Source of the DNA: Acidimicrobiales bacterium
Lineage (GTDB): Bacteria; Actinomycetota; Acidimicrobiia; Acidimicrobiales; CADCTF01
Length of the DNA stretch: 58,342 nt
Direction of reading: 5' to 3'
Assembly (NCBI GenBank): GCA_036380695.1
Contig: DASVEG010000202.1
Span: forward strand, 1 to 58,342
Part shown: piece after piece, positions 42,233 through 51,688 of the stretch
Numbering within the stretch: the stretch's first letter is position 1
Layout: each line of letters starts with the position of its first letter
Notes under the pieces: model-generated
The model's database searches: none
What the model was told of the DNA's origin: nothing
The model's input: the letters and a program-made list of their open reading frames with translations, nothing else
Program-made: the position numbers and the translations under genes

Positions 42233-43764
42233 ACCGGCGCGACCCCGTGCCTGCGGTCGGAGAACTCGCGGCGCTTGCCCTGCGCGGCCGACAGGCGGAC
42301 CACGAGCTCGCGCCGCAGGTCTTCCGGTTGTACGACGGCGTCGATGACGAGCTCGGACGCGAGCCGCAACAGGTCGACGTCGGCTTCGTACTCGGCCCGT
42401 TTCTCGGCCACGAAGGCCTCGCGTTCACCGGCGTCCTCGATGGCGTTGATGCGGTTGTAGAAGACGGCGTTGACGGCGGGCTCCGGGCCCATCACCGCGA
42501 TCTTGGCCGACGGCAACGCCAGCGTCGCCTCCGGCTCGAACGCGGGGCCACTCATCGCGTACAGCCCCGCGCCGTACGCCTTGCGCACGATCACCGACAC
42601 CTTGGGAACGGTGGCCTCGGACACCGCGGTGATCATCTTCGCCCCGTGGCGGATGATGCCCTCGCGCTCCACCTGGGTGCCGATCATGAAGCCGGGCACG
42701 TCGGCGAGGAACACGAGCGGCACGTTGAACGCATCGCACAGGTTGATGAAGCGCGTCGCCTTGTCGGCCGAGTCGACGAACAGCACGCCGCCCTTCACCA
42801 AAGGGTTGTTGGCGACGACGCCGATCGGCTGGCCCTCGAGCCGACCGAAGCCGACGACGAGCTCGGGCGCGAACAACGGCTTGATCTCGAAGAACGAGTC
42901 GGCGTCGACGATGCCGTCGACGACGCGGTGCATGTCGTACCCGGCGCGCTCGTCTGCGGGTACGACGCTCGCGTCGAGCACGACTGCGGGCGGCTCGGCT
43001 TCCGAGAGGGGCGGGTCTTCGCGCCACGACGACGGGAGGTAGGAGAAGAAGTGGCGCGCGATGTCGATGGCCTCGGCGTCCGACGACGCGAGGTTGTCGC
43101 CGCACCCGGAGACGGTCGCGTGCATTCGCGCGCCGCCCATCTCCTCGAGCGTGACCTTCTCGCCGATGACCTCCTCGGCCATCCGCGGCGAGCCCAGGTA
43201 CATCGACGCGTTGCCCTCGACCATCACGACGATGTCGCAGAACGACGGGATGTACGCACCGCCAGCGGCCGACGGGCCGAAGAGGCAGCACACCTGCGGC
43301 ACCTTCCCCGAGAGCCGCACCTGGTTGTAGAAGATCCGGCCCGCTCCCCTACGCCCAGGGAACAGCTGCACCTGATCGGTGATGCGGGCGCCGGCGGAGT
43401 CGACGAGCCAGAACACCGGCAGGTCGTGGCGCAGCGCCGTCTCCGTCAGGCGAATGATCTTCTCGACGGTGCGCGCTCCCCACGACCCCGCCTTCACCGT
43501 CGGGTCGTTGGCCATCACGCACACGGGCCTGCCGTCGACGCGACCGATGCCGGTGACGACGCCGTCGGCTGGCAGGTCGTCGGTTGGCGCGGTCGCGTTG
43601 GCGAGCAACGAGTCCTCGACGAACGACCCTTCGTCGACGAGCAACGCGATGCGGTCGCGGACGAAGAGCTTGCCCTGGCGCTCGAGCTTGCCCGCGTCCT
43701 TCGCGAGGTTGCCCTGCAGGGCGCGCTCGGTCGCGGCGCGAAACGCTTCGTCTGGCGTCTCCAC
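42229..43764 (-). CDS. Acyl-CoA carboxylase carboxyltransferase (beta) subunit (methylcrotonyl-/propionyl-CoA carboxylase type)
   Basis: 511 aa with two crotonase-like CT halves (VMANDPTVKAGSWG...VANNPLVKGGVLF). Confidence 0.93.
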   Translation of the reverse strand: METPDEAFRAATERALQGNLAKDAGKLERQGKLFVRDRIALLVDEGSFVEDSLLANATAPTDDLPADGVVTGIGRVDGRPVCVMANDPTVKAGSWGARTVEKIIRLTETALRHDLPVFWLVDSAGARITDQVQLFPGRRGAGRIFYNQVRLSGKVPQVCCLFGPSAAGGAYIPSFCDIVVMVEGNASMYLGSPRMAEEVIGEKVTLEEMGGARMHATVSGCGDNLASSDAEAIDIARHFFSYLPSSWREDPPLSEAEPPAVVLDASVVPADERAGYDMHRVVDGIVDADSFFEIKPLFAPELVVGFGRLEGQPIGVVANNPLVKGGVLFVDSADKATRFINLCDAFNVPLVFLADVPGFMIGTQVEREGIIRHGAKMITAVSEATVPKVSVIVRKAYGAGLYAMSGPAFEPEATLALPSAKIAVMGPEPAVNAVFYNRINAIEDAGEREAFVAEKRAEYEADVDLLRLASELVIDAVVQPEDLRRELVVRLSAAQGKRREFSDRRHGVAPV

Positions 43765-44856
43765 TCAGGTCCTCCTGATGGCGAGGATCGCGACGTCGTC
43801 GCCGAGGGGCGATGCCGAGAAGTCGCGCGCCGACTCGAGGAGCGACTTGCAGAGCACCTCGGCCTGCTGGCCGGGGTCGCGACGGAAGATCTGCGCGACG
43901 CGCTCGTCGCCGAAGAGCTGGTCGCCCGAGCGGGCCTCGATGAGGCCGTCGGTGTAGAGGAGGAGCACGTCGCCGGGGAGCAGCTCGACTTCGCGGCTCG
44001 TGTACGTGCCGTTGGGGTCGAGCGTCAGGAGCGGGCCCGTGGCGCGCAGGAACTTGATCTCGCCGTCGTGCCACATCAACGCGGGCGGGTGCCCCGCCGA
44101 CGCGACGCGGACGGTGCCCGCGGCGAGGTCGAACAGCGCGACGCACAACGACGCGAACTCCTCGCTCCCCCCGTGGCGCGAGAGCACCGCGTTGAGCTTC
44201 TCCAGTGCCTGCGCGGGGTCGCGGTACTCGCCGAGGAAGACGCGCAGGAGGTACTTCACCTGGAACGCGGTGATCGACGGTTCGATGCCGTGCCCGCTCA
44301 CGTCCCCGATCACCGCCGCGAGGCGAGTGGGGTGCGTCTGGTAGAGGTCGTAGAAGTCGCCGGCCATGAGGCCGCTGCCCGGCTCGTAGACGTGGCCGAC
44401 CTCGAAGCCCTCGATGGGCGGCAACTCGACGGGCGCGAGGCGTGCGGCCCACGCACGGGGAGCGGTCGCTTCCTGCTCGATGACCTCCTCTGCCCTCCGC
44501 TCCAGCAGCGTCCGGGCCTCCACCTGTTCGGCTTGCCGAAGGAACCGGCGGCCGTAGATGACCGTGCCCATCACCGGCACGAGCAACAACAGCATCGGGA
44601 TGTCGAACGCGGGGCGTTTGCGGAGCGACCCGAACGCCAGCGCGCCGGCGAGGATCAGGTACAGCAGCCCCGTGTGCAGCTCCTTGCGGAACGCGAAGAA
44701 GGCGAGCCCCGCGGCTTCGTGCCCGCGGCCCGACTCGCCGACGAGGCGCTCGACGCGACGCCAACTGCGCTCGAGGCGGAACGACGACCGCAGCCAGATG
44801 AAGGCCGCGATCGCGCAGGCGGTGCCGACGGCGAGAAGGAGCGGGCTCTCAACCAT
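43765..44856 (-). CDS. Membrane-anchored PP2C/SpoIIE-family serine phosphatase
   Basis: About three N-terminal TM helices followed by GDFYDLY...IGDVSGHG...LLLYTDGLIEAR...DDVAILAIR. Confidence 0.85.
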   Translation of the reverse strand: MVESPLLLAVGTACAIAAFIWLRSSFRLERSWRRVERLVGESGRGHEAAGLAFFAFRKELHTGLLYLILAGALAFGSLRKRPAFDIPMLLLLVPVMGTVIYGRRFLRQAEQVEARTLLERRAEEVIEQEATAPRAWAARLAPVELPPIEGFEVGHVYEPGSGLMAGDFYDLYQTHPTRLAAVIGDVSGHGIEPSITAFQVKYLLRVFLGEYRDPAQALEKLNAVLSRHGGSEEFASLCVALFDLAAGTVRVASAGHPPALMWHDGEIKFLRATGPLLTLDPNGTYTSREVELLPGDVLLLYTDGLIEARSGDQLFGDERVAQIFRRDPGQQAEVLCKSLLESARDFSASPLGDDVAILAIRRT

Positions 44857-44880
44857 CTGGAGTCGTCGACGCTAGCTGGG

Positions 44881-46248
44881 TCATGTGGAACGCCTCCGCA
44901 CGCGGAACTTGAGCGGCGTCGGCCCGAAGCCGAAGTGCTCGCGGATCTTCCGTTCGAGGTACCGGAGGTACGGCGCGGGCAGCGTACGCGTCGCGAAGAG
45001 GGTGAACGTCGGCGGGTCGGTCGCGCCCTGCGTCGCGTACAGCACTTTGGCGTTCGGCGCGGGGTGGGCGGCCTGCGCTTGCGCGATGACCTTGTTGAGG
45101 TCGCGGGTCGGCACACGCCTGCGGTACGCGGAGATGGAGTTGCCGATCGCGGGGAGCAGCTTGTGCACGCCGAGGCCGGACCGCGCCGAGACCTTGAGCA
45201 CGGGCGCGTAGGAGAGAAACCCGAGTCGGTCGGCCACGTCGGCGACGACCTGGGCGCGGTGCTCGGCGTCGTCGAGCAGGTCCCACTTGTTGAGGACGAT
45301 GACGACCGGGCTGCCCGCGGCGTCGACCCGCTCGGCGAGGCGCTGGTCCTGGTGCGTGACGCCCTCGGTCGCGTCGATCACGAGGAGCGACGCGTCGGCG
45401 CGGTCGATCGCCTGCAACGCGCGCACGAGGGAGTAGTACTCCGTCGCCTCGTCGACCCGGCTCTTCCGTCGCATGCCCGCGGTGTCGACGAAACGGATGC
45501 GCCCCTCTGGCGTCTCGACGACCGTGTCGACGGAGTCGCGCGTCGTGCCCGGCATGTCGTGGACGACGGAGCGCTCGTCGCCGATGAGCCGGTTGAACAA
45601 CGTCGACTTCCCGACGTTCGGTCGCCCGACGATCGCGATGGCGGCGTCGACCTCGTCGCCGTCGTCCGTATCGCCGGAAACCGCGCCGTCGATGCCGTCG
45701 AGCTCGCTGGCGTCGAACGCGCCGTCGTCTTCGGCCGCGGGCGGCTCGGGGAGGCGGACGACCACTTCGTCGAGTAGGTCGCCCGTGCCGCGGCCGTGCA
45801 GCGCGCTGATGGGCCACGGGTCGCCGAGGCCGAGGCCGGCGAACTCCCACACGTCGGACTCGCGCTTGTCGGAGTCGACCTTGTTGGCGACGACGAGGAC
45901 GGGTCGGCGGAGGCGGCGGAGGACGTCGGCGACGCGGTCGTCCTCCTCCGTCACGCCGACGGTCGCGTCGACGACGAACAGGATGAGGTCGGCCTCCTGC
46001 ATCGCCTTCTCGGACTGCTTGCTGACCTTGCCCTCGAGCGTGCGATCGTCGCCGGGTAACCAGCCACCGGTGTCGACGACGGTGAACTCGCGGCCCGACC
46101 ACTCCGCCTCGACGGTCTTGCGGTCGCGGGTCACGCCCGGCTTCTCTTCGACGATCGCCTCGCGGCGGCCGATGATGCGGTTCACGAGCGCCGACTTGCC
46201 GACGTTCGGGCGGCCGACGATCGCGACGGTCGCCTTGGGTTCGGTCAT
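44881..46248 (-). CDS. der: Ribosome-biogenesis GTPase Der (EngA)
   Basis: ATG 46248 overlaps the upstream stop (ATGA). Has two G domains (GRPNVGKSALVN and GRPNVGKSTLFN, with NKVD and NKWD) plus a KH-like C-terminus. Confidence 0.95.
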   Translation of the reverse strand: MTEPKATVAIVGRPNVGKSALVNRIIGRREAIVEEKPGVTRDRKTVEAEWSGREFTVVDTGGWLPGDDRTLEGKVSKQSEKAMQEADLILFVVDATVGVTEEDDRVADVLRRLRRPVLVVANKVDSDKRESDVWEFAGLGLGDPWPISALHGRGTGDLLDEVVVRLPEPPAAEDDGAFDASELDGIDGAVSGDTDDGDEVDAAIAIVGRPNVGKSTLFNRLIGDERSVVHDMPGTTRDSVDTVVETPEGRIRFVDTAGMRRKSRVDEATEYYSLVRALQAIDRADASLLVIDATEGVTHQDQRLAERVDAAGSPVVIVLNKWDLLDDAEHRAQVVADVADRLGFLSYAPVLKVSARSGLGVHKLLPAIGNSISAYRRRVPTRDLNKVIAQAQAAHPAPNAKVLYATQGATDPPTFTLFATRTLPAPYLRYLERKIREHFGFGPTPLKFRVRRRST

Positions 46249-47609
46249 GCCGCCAATGCCTCCCGCAGCGCGTGCCCGTCGGTCTTCACGATCTCCACGG
46301 GCCGCGGCAGGTCGGCCGGCGACGTGCCGTCGAGGAACACGCCGTTGGAGAGGCAGACGTCCGGCAAGAGGTAACGGTGCCCCTCTGGCTGCGCGGCCAG
46401 GACCCGCCGCAGGTCTTCCCCGACGAGCAGGCCGGCGACGCCGATGTTGCCTCCGAAGAACGTGTTGTCGATCTCGACGACGCGCACGTCGTCGCGTCCG
46501 AGCGACTCCACGAGCGGGCGGAGCACGCGGGCGCCGTACGCACCGGTGAGGATGCCGACCGGCGCCTTGCGTCGCGGCAACAGGGCCACCGTGCCCGCAG
46601 CCTGCGGGGCGCGCTCGGCGCGGTAGCCCTCGGCTGGCGCGCCCTCGACCCACGCGAAGAACCCGGCGCGCACCCCCGTGGTCGCGTCGGTCGCGCCCGC
46701 GAACTCGGCCTCGAACGTACGGGCGATCCCGATGCCGTTCTCGTGCTGGGGGAAGCCCTCGTAGGCCTCGGGCGCGGGGAACGGCAAGTTCGCCATCAGG
46801 TAGTACTCGTCGGCGGCGAACACCATCCGTCGCCCTAGCGCGGTCAGATACGTCGACTGCCACCGCTCGACGGTCCTCACGACGGTTGCGGCCTCGTCGA
46901 CCGTGTGCGGCCGCATGGCGGGTTCGTTCGAGTGGCGGCTCACGCCCAGCGGCACGACGCACACCGTGGCGAGGGCGGGGTACTCGTCGAGCACGCCGCA
47001 GAGCGTGTCCTCCAGCACCGCGCCGTCGTTGACGCCAGGACACACCACGACCTGGCCGTGGACCTCGATGCCGTGGTCGAGCAAAGCGCGGAGCCACCGG
47101 AGCGACGTCGCCCCCCTGCGGTTGCGCAACATGCGCGTGCGAACGTCGGGGTCGGTCGCGTGGATGCTGACGAACAACGGCGACAGCCGCTCCGTCACCA
47201 CCCGCTCCAGGTCCGCCTCGGTGAACCGGGTCAGCGTCGTGAAGTTCCCGTACAGGAACGAGAGGCGGTAGTCGTCGTCCTTCAGGTAGAGGCTCTTCCG
47301 CATGCCGGGCGGGAGTTGGTAGATGAAGCAGAACTCGCAGTGGTTGTCGCAGGTGCGGATGCGGTCGAAGACCGCCGAGCTCACCTCGATGCCGACGGGT
47401 GCGCCCGCGTCCTTCTCGAGCGCGAGCGCAAGCTCGAGACCGCCGCGCGTGACGACGAGCTCGAGGTCGGGCTCGTCGGCGAGCAGGCGGTACTGGATGA
47501 CGTCGCGGGGGGTCTGCCCGTTCATGGCGACGATCTCGTCGCCGGGCAGCACACCGGCCCGGGCGGCCGGCGATTCGGGATCGACGGCCACCACCCGAGG
47601 CAGTGACAT
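46245..47609 (-). CDS. PDZ + radical-SAM-like + DUF512 protein
   Basis: 454 aa. Has an N-terminal PDZ domain (AARAGVLPGDEIVAMNG), Cys cluster CDNHCEFCF and a DUF512-like C-terminus. It is translationally coupled to der. Confidence 0.85.
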   Translation of the reverse strand: MSLPRVVAVDPESPAARAGVLPGDEIVAMNGQTPRDVIQYRLLADEPDLELVVTRGGLELALALEKDAGAPVGIEVSSAVFDRIRTCDNHCEFCFIYQLPPGMRKSLYLKDDDYRLSFLYGNFTTLTRFTEADLERVVTERLSPLFVSIHATDPDVRTRMLRNRRGATSLRWLRALLDHGIEVHGQVVVCPGVNDGAVLEDTLCGVLDEYPALATVCVVPLGVSRHSNEPAMRPHTVDEAATVVRTVERWQSTYLTALGRRMVFAADEYYLMANLPFPAPEAYEGFPQHENGIGIARTFEAEFAGATDATTGVRAGFFAWVEGAPAEGYRAERAPQAAGTVALLPRRKAPVGILTGAYGARVLRPLVESLGRDDVRVVEIDNTFFGGNIGVAGLLVGEDLRRVLAAQPEGHRYLLPDVCLSNGVFLDGTSPADLPRPVEIVKTDGHALREALAA

Positions 47610-47673
47610 GCGATCAGTCTACGAGACGGCGGTCGAGTCCCGGTTTGGGCGCCACGGTCCGTAGTCTGGTGGG

Positions 47674-48723
47674 GTGCCCGTCGACCGCGTCCTGCTCGCC
47701 GCGCCGCGGGGGTTCTGCGCCGGCGTGGAGATGGCGATCAAGGCGCTGTCGTGGATGGTTCGCGTGTTCGAGCCGCCCGTGTACTGCTACCACGAGATCG
47801 TCCACAACCAACTCGTGGTCGACCGCTTCCGAGCGCTCGGCGTGGTGTTCGTCGACGACGTCACGACGGTCCCGGCGGGCGCGCCGTTGATGTTGAGCGC
47901 CCATGGCACCGCCCCCGACGTCGTCGCCCGCGCCCGGGAGAACGGCGGCGTCGTCGTCAACGCGGTGTGCCCGCTCGTCACCAAGGTGCACCACGAGGTG
48001 AAGGTGAGGGCGGGCAAGGGCTACACCGTCATCTATGTCGGCCACGAGGGCCACGACGAGGCGGTCGGGACCATGGCCGTCGCGCCGTCTGCGGTCCGCC
48101 TCGTCGAGCACGAGGACGACGTCGCCGGTCTCGATCTCGACGCGTCGGCACCGGTGGCGTTGCTGGCCCAGACCACGTTGAGCCAGCACGACTGGCGAGG
48201 CGTCGCCGATGCCGCCGTCGCTCGCTTCCCCGACCTGTGGCTGCCGGGGCGCAGCGACTTGTGCTTCGCCACGACCAACCGCCAGGACGCGCTCTCCGCG
48301 ATCGCGGGCAAGGCCGACGCGGTGATCGTGATCGGGTCGGCGAACTCGTCGAACACCGTCGCGCTGACGAAGGTCGCGGTCGCCAACGGGTGCCCACGCG
48401 TCGTGCGGGTGAACAGCGCCGACGAGGTGCCGGCCGACCTGTCCGGCATCGTGGGGGTGACCGCAGGCGCGAGCGCCCCCGAAGAGCTCGTCGAGGCGGT
48501 GATCGCGCGCCTCGCGCCCGTCGACGGCGTCGAGCTCGTGACGATCACCGAGGAGGAGGAGTACTTCCCTCCCCCGCCCGAGCTGCGCAAGCTGCTCGAC
48601 GCCGCGCTCACCGCGTTGTTCCTCGCGTTCGGGGCCACGCCCCCGCCCGCCGGCGCGCTCGCCGACGACCGCGCCGTCGACGCATCCCACGTGTTGACCA
48701 CGCTCTCGCCCGCGTCTGTGTAA
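47674..48723 (+). CDS. ispH: 4-hydroxy-3-methylbut-2-enyl diphosphate reductase
   Basis: 349 aa with PRGFCAGVE...HEIVHN...SAHG...NAVCPLVTKVH...GSANSSN. Confidence 0.95.
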   Translation: MPVDRVLLAAPRGFCAGVEMAIKALSWMVRVFEPPVYCYHEIVHNQLVVDRFRALGVVFVDDVTTVPAGAPLMLSAHGTAPDVVARARENGGVVVNAVCPLVTKVHHEVKVRAGKGYTVIYVGHEGHDEAVGTMAVAPSAVRLVEHEDDVAGLDLDASAPVALLAQTTLSQHDWRGVADAAVARFPDLWLPGRSDLCFATTNRQDALSAIAGKADAVIVIGSANSSNTVALTKVAVANGCPRVVRVNSADEVPADLSGIVGVTAGASAPEELVEAVIARLAPVDGVELVTITEEEEYFPPPPELRKLLDAALTALFLAFGATPPPAGALADDRAVDASHVLTTLSPASV

Positions 48724-48727
48724 CAAC

Positions 48728-48817
48728 AACCGCGAGTACCGCGGTTCAGACGCGCAAGTCTTGCGCCGCGGGCGGTTTCCCGCGGACTTGCGCGTTTCAG
48801 CCGCGGTACTCGCGGTT
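48728..48817. repeat. Composite ~90-nt inverted repeat (33-nt arms plus nested inner hairpin)
   Basis: AACCGCGAGTACCGCGGTTCAGACGCGCAAGTC ... GACTTGCGCGTTTCAGCCGCGGTACTCGCGGTT. The arms match at 17 and 10 nt around a 6-nt internal mismatch. The inner stem is CCGCGGG/CCCGCGG (48766-48785). Confidence 0.85.
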
Positions 48818-48873
48818 GGTGTCGCGTAGAACGCGAGTCGTCGTCGGGGGCACGCGGCCGTAGACTTGCCGGC

Positions 48874-49431
48874 ATGACGAGCACGTTCACGCGCATGGAC
48901 GAGTCGACGGCCGAGCAATGGGCGGTCATCGGCACCGAGACGATGAAGAACCAGCCGCGCGTCGCGGAGAAGGTCCTCGGCCTCCTCCGCTCGCTCGAGG
49001 ACATCACCGACGGGTTCTCGACCAACCAGCTCGTGCACTGCCTGCAGACGGCGACGAGGGCGGAGCGCGACCGAGCCGACCCCGAAGTGGTCGTCGCCAG
49101 CCTGTGCCACGACATCGGCAAGGCGATCTCGGTGCCGAACCACCCGGCGATCGCGGCCGAGATCCTCAAGCCGTACGTGCGGCCCGCGGTCTACGACATG
49201 ATCCGCGTGCACCAGGACTTCCAGGGCAAGCACTACTACCACCACTTCGGGGGCGATCCCGATGCCCGCGAGAAGCATCGCGAGTCGCTCGACCCGGAGA
49301 CGTTCGAGCTGGCCGGCAGGTTCGCCGACGACTGGGACCAGACGTCGTTCGACCCCGACTACGACACCGAGCCGCTCGAGCACTTCGAGCCCCTGGTGCG
49401 GCAGGTCTTCGCCAGCGCCAAGCTGCTCTAG
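48874..49431 (+). CDS. HD-domain metal-dependent phosphohydrolase/oxygenase-like protein
   Basis: 185 aa with HCLQTATRAE...ASLCHDIGK...IRVHQDF. Confidence 0.8.
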   Translation: MTSTFTRMDESTAEQWAVIGTETMKNQPRVAEKVLGLLRSLEDITDGFSTNQLVHCLQTATRAERDRADPEVVVASLCHDIGKAISVPNHPAIAAEILKPYVRPAVYDMIRVHQDFQGKHYYHHFGGDPDAREKHRESLDPETFELAGRFADDWDQTSFDPDYDTEPLEHFEPLVRQVFASAKLL

Positions 49432-49456
49432 CGCGCCTGACCGGCCCTGGCCAGCC

Positions 49457-50110
49457 TTAGCCGGTGGCCATGTCGCGCCGCGTGGCCGGCACCCAGCCGG
49501 CGTCGTTGGCGAGCGCGACGGCGGCGAGCTGCGAGCCCACGCCCAGCTTGCGCAGCAACGACTTCACGTACGACCGGACCGTCTCCACCGACAGGTAGAG
49601 CTCGCGCGCCACGTCGGCCACGGCGAGCCCGGCGACGAGCGCGGCCAGCACCTGCTGCTCCCGCGCGGTGAGCTCGGCGAAGGGCTTGAGGGCCTCGCTG
49701 CGGCCCCGTCGCGCCTCCCGCGCGCTGTCGAGGATCGTCGCTCGCTCTGCGGGTGACTGCGGGGTCTCGCCGGCCACCGCGCGCCGCAGCGCCTCGACGA
49801 CGCGGTCGAGGCCCGACGCCTTGTCGAGCACGGCGAGCGCACCGGCCTCGACACAACGAGCGCGTGCGGTGACGTCCGGCGTGCCCGACAGGACGATCAC
49901 GCTCGCGCCGCGCCGCACGAGCGGGGCAACCAGCTCGGTGCCGTCGAGGCCCGCGAGTTGCAGGTCGAGGACGACCAGGTCGGGCGGGTCGGCCAGAACC
50001 CCATCGACGCCCTCCGGCCCGACCGCCGACGCGTCGTGTCCCATCGACCGCAGCTCCCCCGCGAGGAGGTCGGCGACGAACCGGTGGTCCTCGACGACGG
50101 CGATCCTCAC
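49457..50110 (-). CDS. Response regulator, NarL/LuxR family
   Basis: GTG 50110 overlaps the kinase stop (GTGA). Has a receiver domain (IAVVEDH...DLVVLDLQLAGLDG) and a LuxR HTH (LTAREQQVLAALVAGLAVADVARELYLSVETVRSYVKSLLRKLGV). Confidence 0.9.
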   Translation of the reverse strand: MRIAVVEDHRFVADLLAGELRSMGHDASAVGPEGVDGVLADPPDLVVLDLQLAGLDGTELVAPLVRRGASVIVLSGTPDVTARARCVEAGALAVLDKASGLDRVVEALRRAVAGETPQSPAERATILDSAREARRGRSEALKPFAELTAREQQVLAALVAGLAVADVARELYLSVETVRSYVKSLLRKLGVGSQLAAVALANDAGWVPATRRDMATG

Positions 50111-51552
50111 GACGCGACGTCCGCGGCCGCGGCCGGCACGGTCACGACGAATCGCGAGCCGGAACCGGCCGCCCGTTGCTCGGCCCGGAGCGAGCCGCCT
50201 TGCGCCGTGAGCCGTCGCGACGCCGAGCTGAGGCCGAGCCCGCGCCCGTTCGCTCGCGACGCCCGCACCCCTCGCAGCAGGATCGTGCCCTCTGCGCCAC
50301 GGGGAAGACCCGGGCCGTCGTCCTCGACTGCGATGCACACCTGGCCGCCGGCGATCCCGACGGTGACCGACACCTGCGCGCCGGGGGCGTGGGTGCGCGC
50401 GTTGTCGAGCAGGTTGCGGACCGCTTCCGCCACCTCTGCCGGCCGGCCGAACGCGACGACGCCTGTGCCGGCCCGAAGGTCGATGACCGTGCCGGTGGAG
50501 CGGGCGATGGCGACGACCGGCTCGATCGACGAGAGCACGTCGAAGCGCTGCACGGGTTCGTCGCCGCGCACGACGCTGCGGATCCTCGCGACCTCCTGCC
50601 GGAGGACCGCGGTCGACATCTGCAGCGCGGTCGGGTCGAGCGCGTCACCGTGTTGGTTCAACGTGTGGACCGCAGCCTCGACCGCGAACAACGCGGCTTG
50701 CAGGTCGTGCGTGCGCTCGGCGCTCCTCGCCTCTCGAGCGAGCGACTCGACGAGACGGTCGCGGTGGTGGCGGTACCCGAGCTCGACCTGGCGGACGGCG
50801 CCCACGAGCACCACCAGCAGCCCCGCGACGCGGAAGTACGAGGCGGCGATGGCCCACGTCGCGTCGTGCCCGCCGATCAGCAGTGCGAGGCGCCCCTCGG
50901 CCAGGCCGACGAGACCGGCGGCCACCGCGGCGAGCCCTGGTGCGTCGGCATCGGCGGCGCGCCGGCGTGCCGCGATCACGGCCAGCGCGAGCCACGCCAG
51001 CCCTATCGACGCGTGCACCGCCGCCTCCCCCGCGCCGTGCTCGACGCCTGCGAGGTCGGGCGTGGTCGCGAGGACCGCGGCGAGCGCGACGGTCGCGGCA
51101 CCGACGCTCAGGAGCCTGCGCCGAGCGTGGGCGCCGTGGCCCCGGCTGGTGAGCGCGATCGCGAGCAGCACGAGAGACATGGCCGACGCGGCGGAGGCCA
51201 CGGCGCGCGAGCCGTCCGTCCCCTGTTCGAGGAGCGGCACCGCGACCCGCCCGACACCGACGCGGACGACGGCGAACAAGCCGAAACCCGCGGCCAGCCA
51301 GAGGTCGCGTGCATGGCGCCGCACCCGCCACTCGACGAGGAACAGCCCAGCGGCGATGGCGCCGACCGCGGCCGCCACCGAGCTCAACAACTGGTCGAGC
51401 AGGTCGGTGTAGGAGTCGTCGAACGGGCGTCTGGCCGCGAACGAGAACGCGGCCCAGCCGGCCAACGACATGCCGATGCAGATGACCCACTCACTCCGCA
51501 CCGGCACCATCCGCTGCCGCGGTGCTGCAGCTTGCCGACCCCGCCTGTCCAT
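50107..51552 (-). CDS. Membrane sensor histidine kinase
   Basis: Multiple N-terminal TM helices, an H-box region (ERTHDLQAAL), an N-box (RNLLDNARTHAP), and DDGPGLP and GLGLS motifs. The start is uncertain because internal ATGs are possible. Confidence 0.85.
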   Translation of the reverse strand: MDRRGRQAAAPRQRMVPVRSEWVICIGMSLAGWAAFSFAARRPFDDSYTDLLDQLLSSVAAAVGAIAAGLFLVEWRVRRHARDLWLAAGFGLFAVVRVGVGRVAVPLLEQGTDGSRAVASAASAMSLVLLAIALTSRGHGAHARRRLLSVGAATVALAAVLATTPDLAGVEHGAGEAAVHASIGLAWLALAVIAARRRAADADAPGLAAVAAGLVGLAEGRLALLIGGHDATWAIAASYFRVAGLLVVLVGAVRQVELGYRHHRDRLVESLAREARSAERTHDLQAALFAVEAAVHTLNQHGDALDPTALQMSTAVLRQEVARIRSVVRGDEPVQRFDVLSSIEPVVAIARSTGTVIDLRAGTGVVAFGRPAEVAEAVRNLLDNARTHAPGAQVSVTVGIAGGQVCIAVEDDGPGLPRGAEGTILLRGVRASRANGRGLGLSSASRRLTAQGGSLRAEQRAAGSGSRFVVTVPAAAADVAS

Positions 51553-51598
51553 CTGGCACTTCGTTCGGCAACGGCACCGGCTTTCTTAGCCCGACGCG

Positions 51599-51632
51599 GA
51601 AGAGGGGGGCGGCCGGAGCCGCCCCCCTCTTC
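51599..51632 (-). terminator. Perfect 15-bp GC hairpin downstream of the secreted-protein gene
   Basis: GAAGAGGGGGGCGGC cgga GCCGCCCCCCTCTTC lies 57 nt after the stop at 51689. No U-tract follows. Confidence 0.6.
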
Positions 51633-51688
51633 GCACATCGACGCAAATGGTCCGACTCGTCAGTTGGTGGGGCCGACGAGCACGGGAC

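Noticed and set aside
42247-45777. 1176-aa plus-strand ORF, the longest in the track
   Set aside because: It is antisense to the carboxyltransferase, PP2C phosphatase and der, all of which have unambiguous motifs. Its translation is low-complexity Arg/Asp/Gly/Val/Glu with no domain-like segments.
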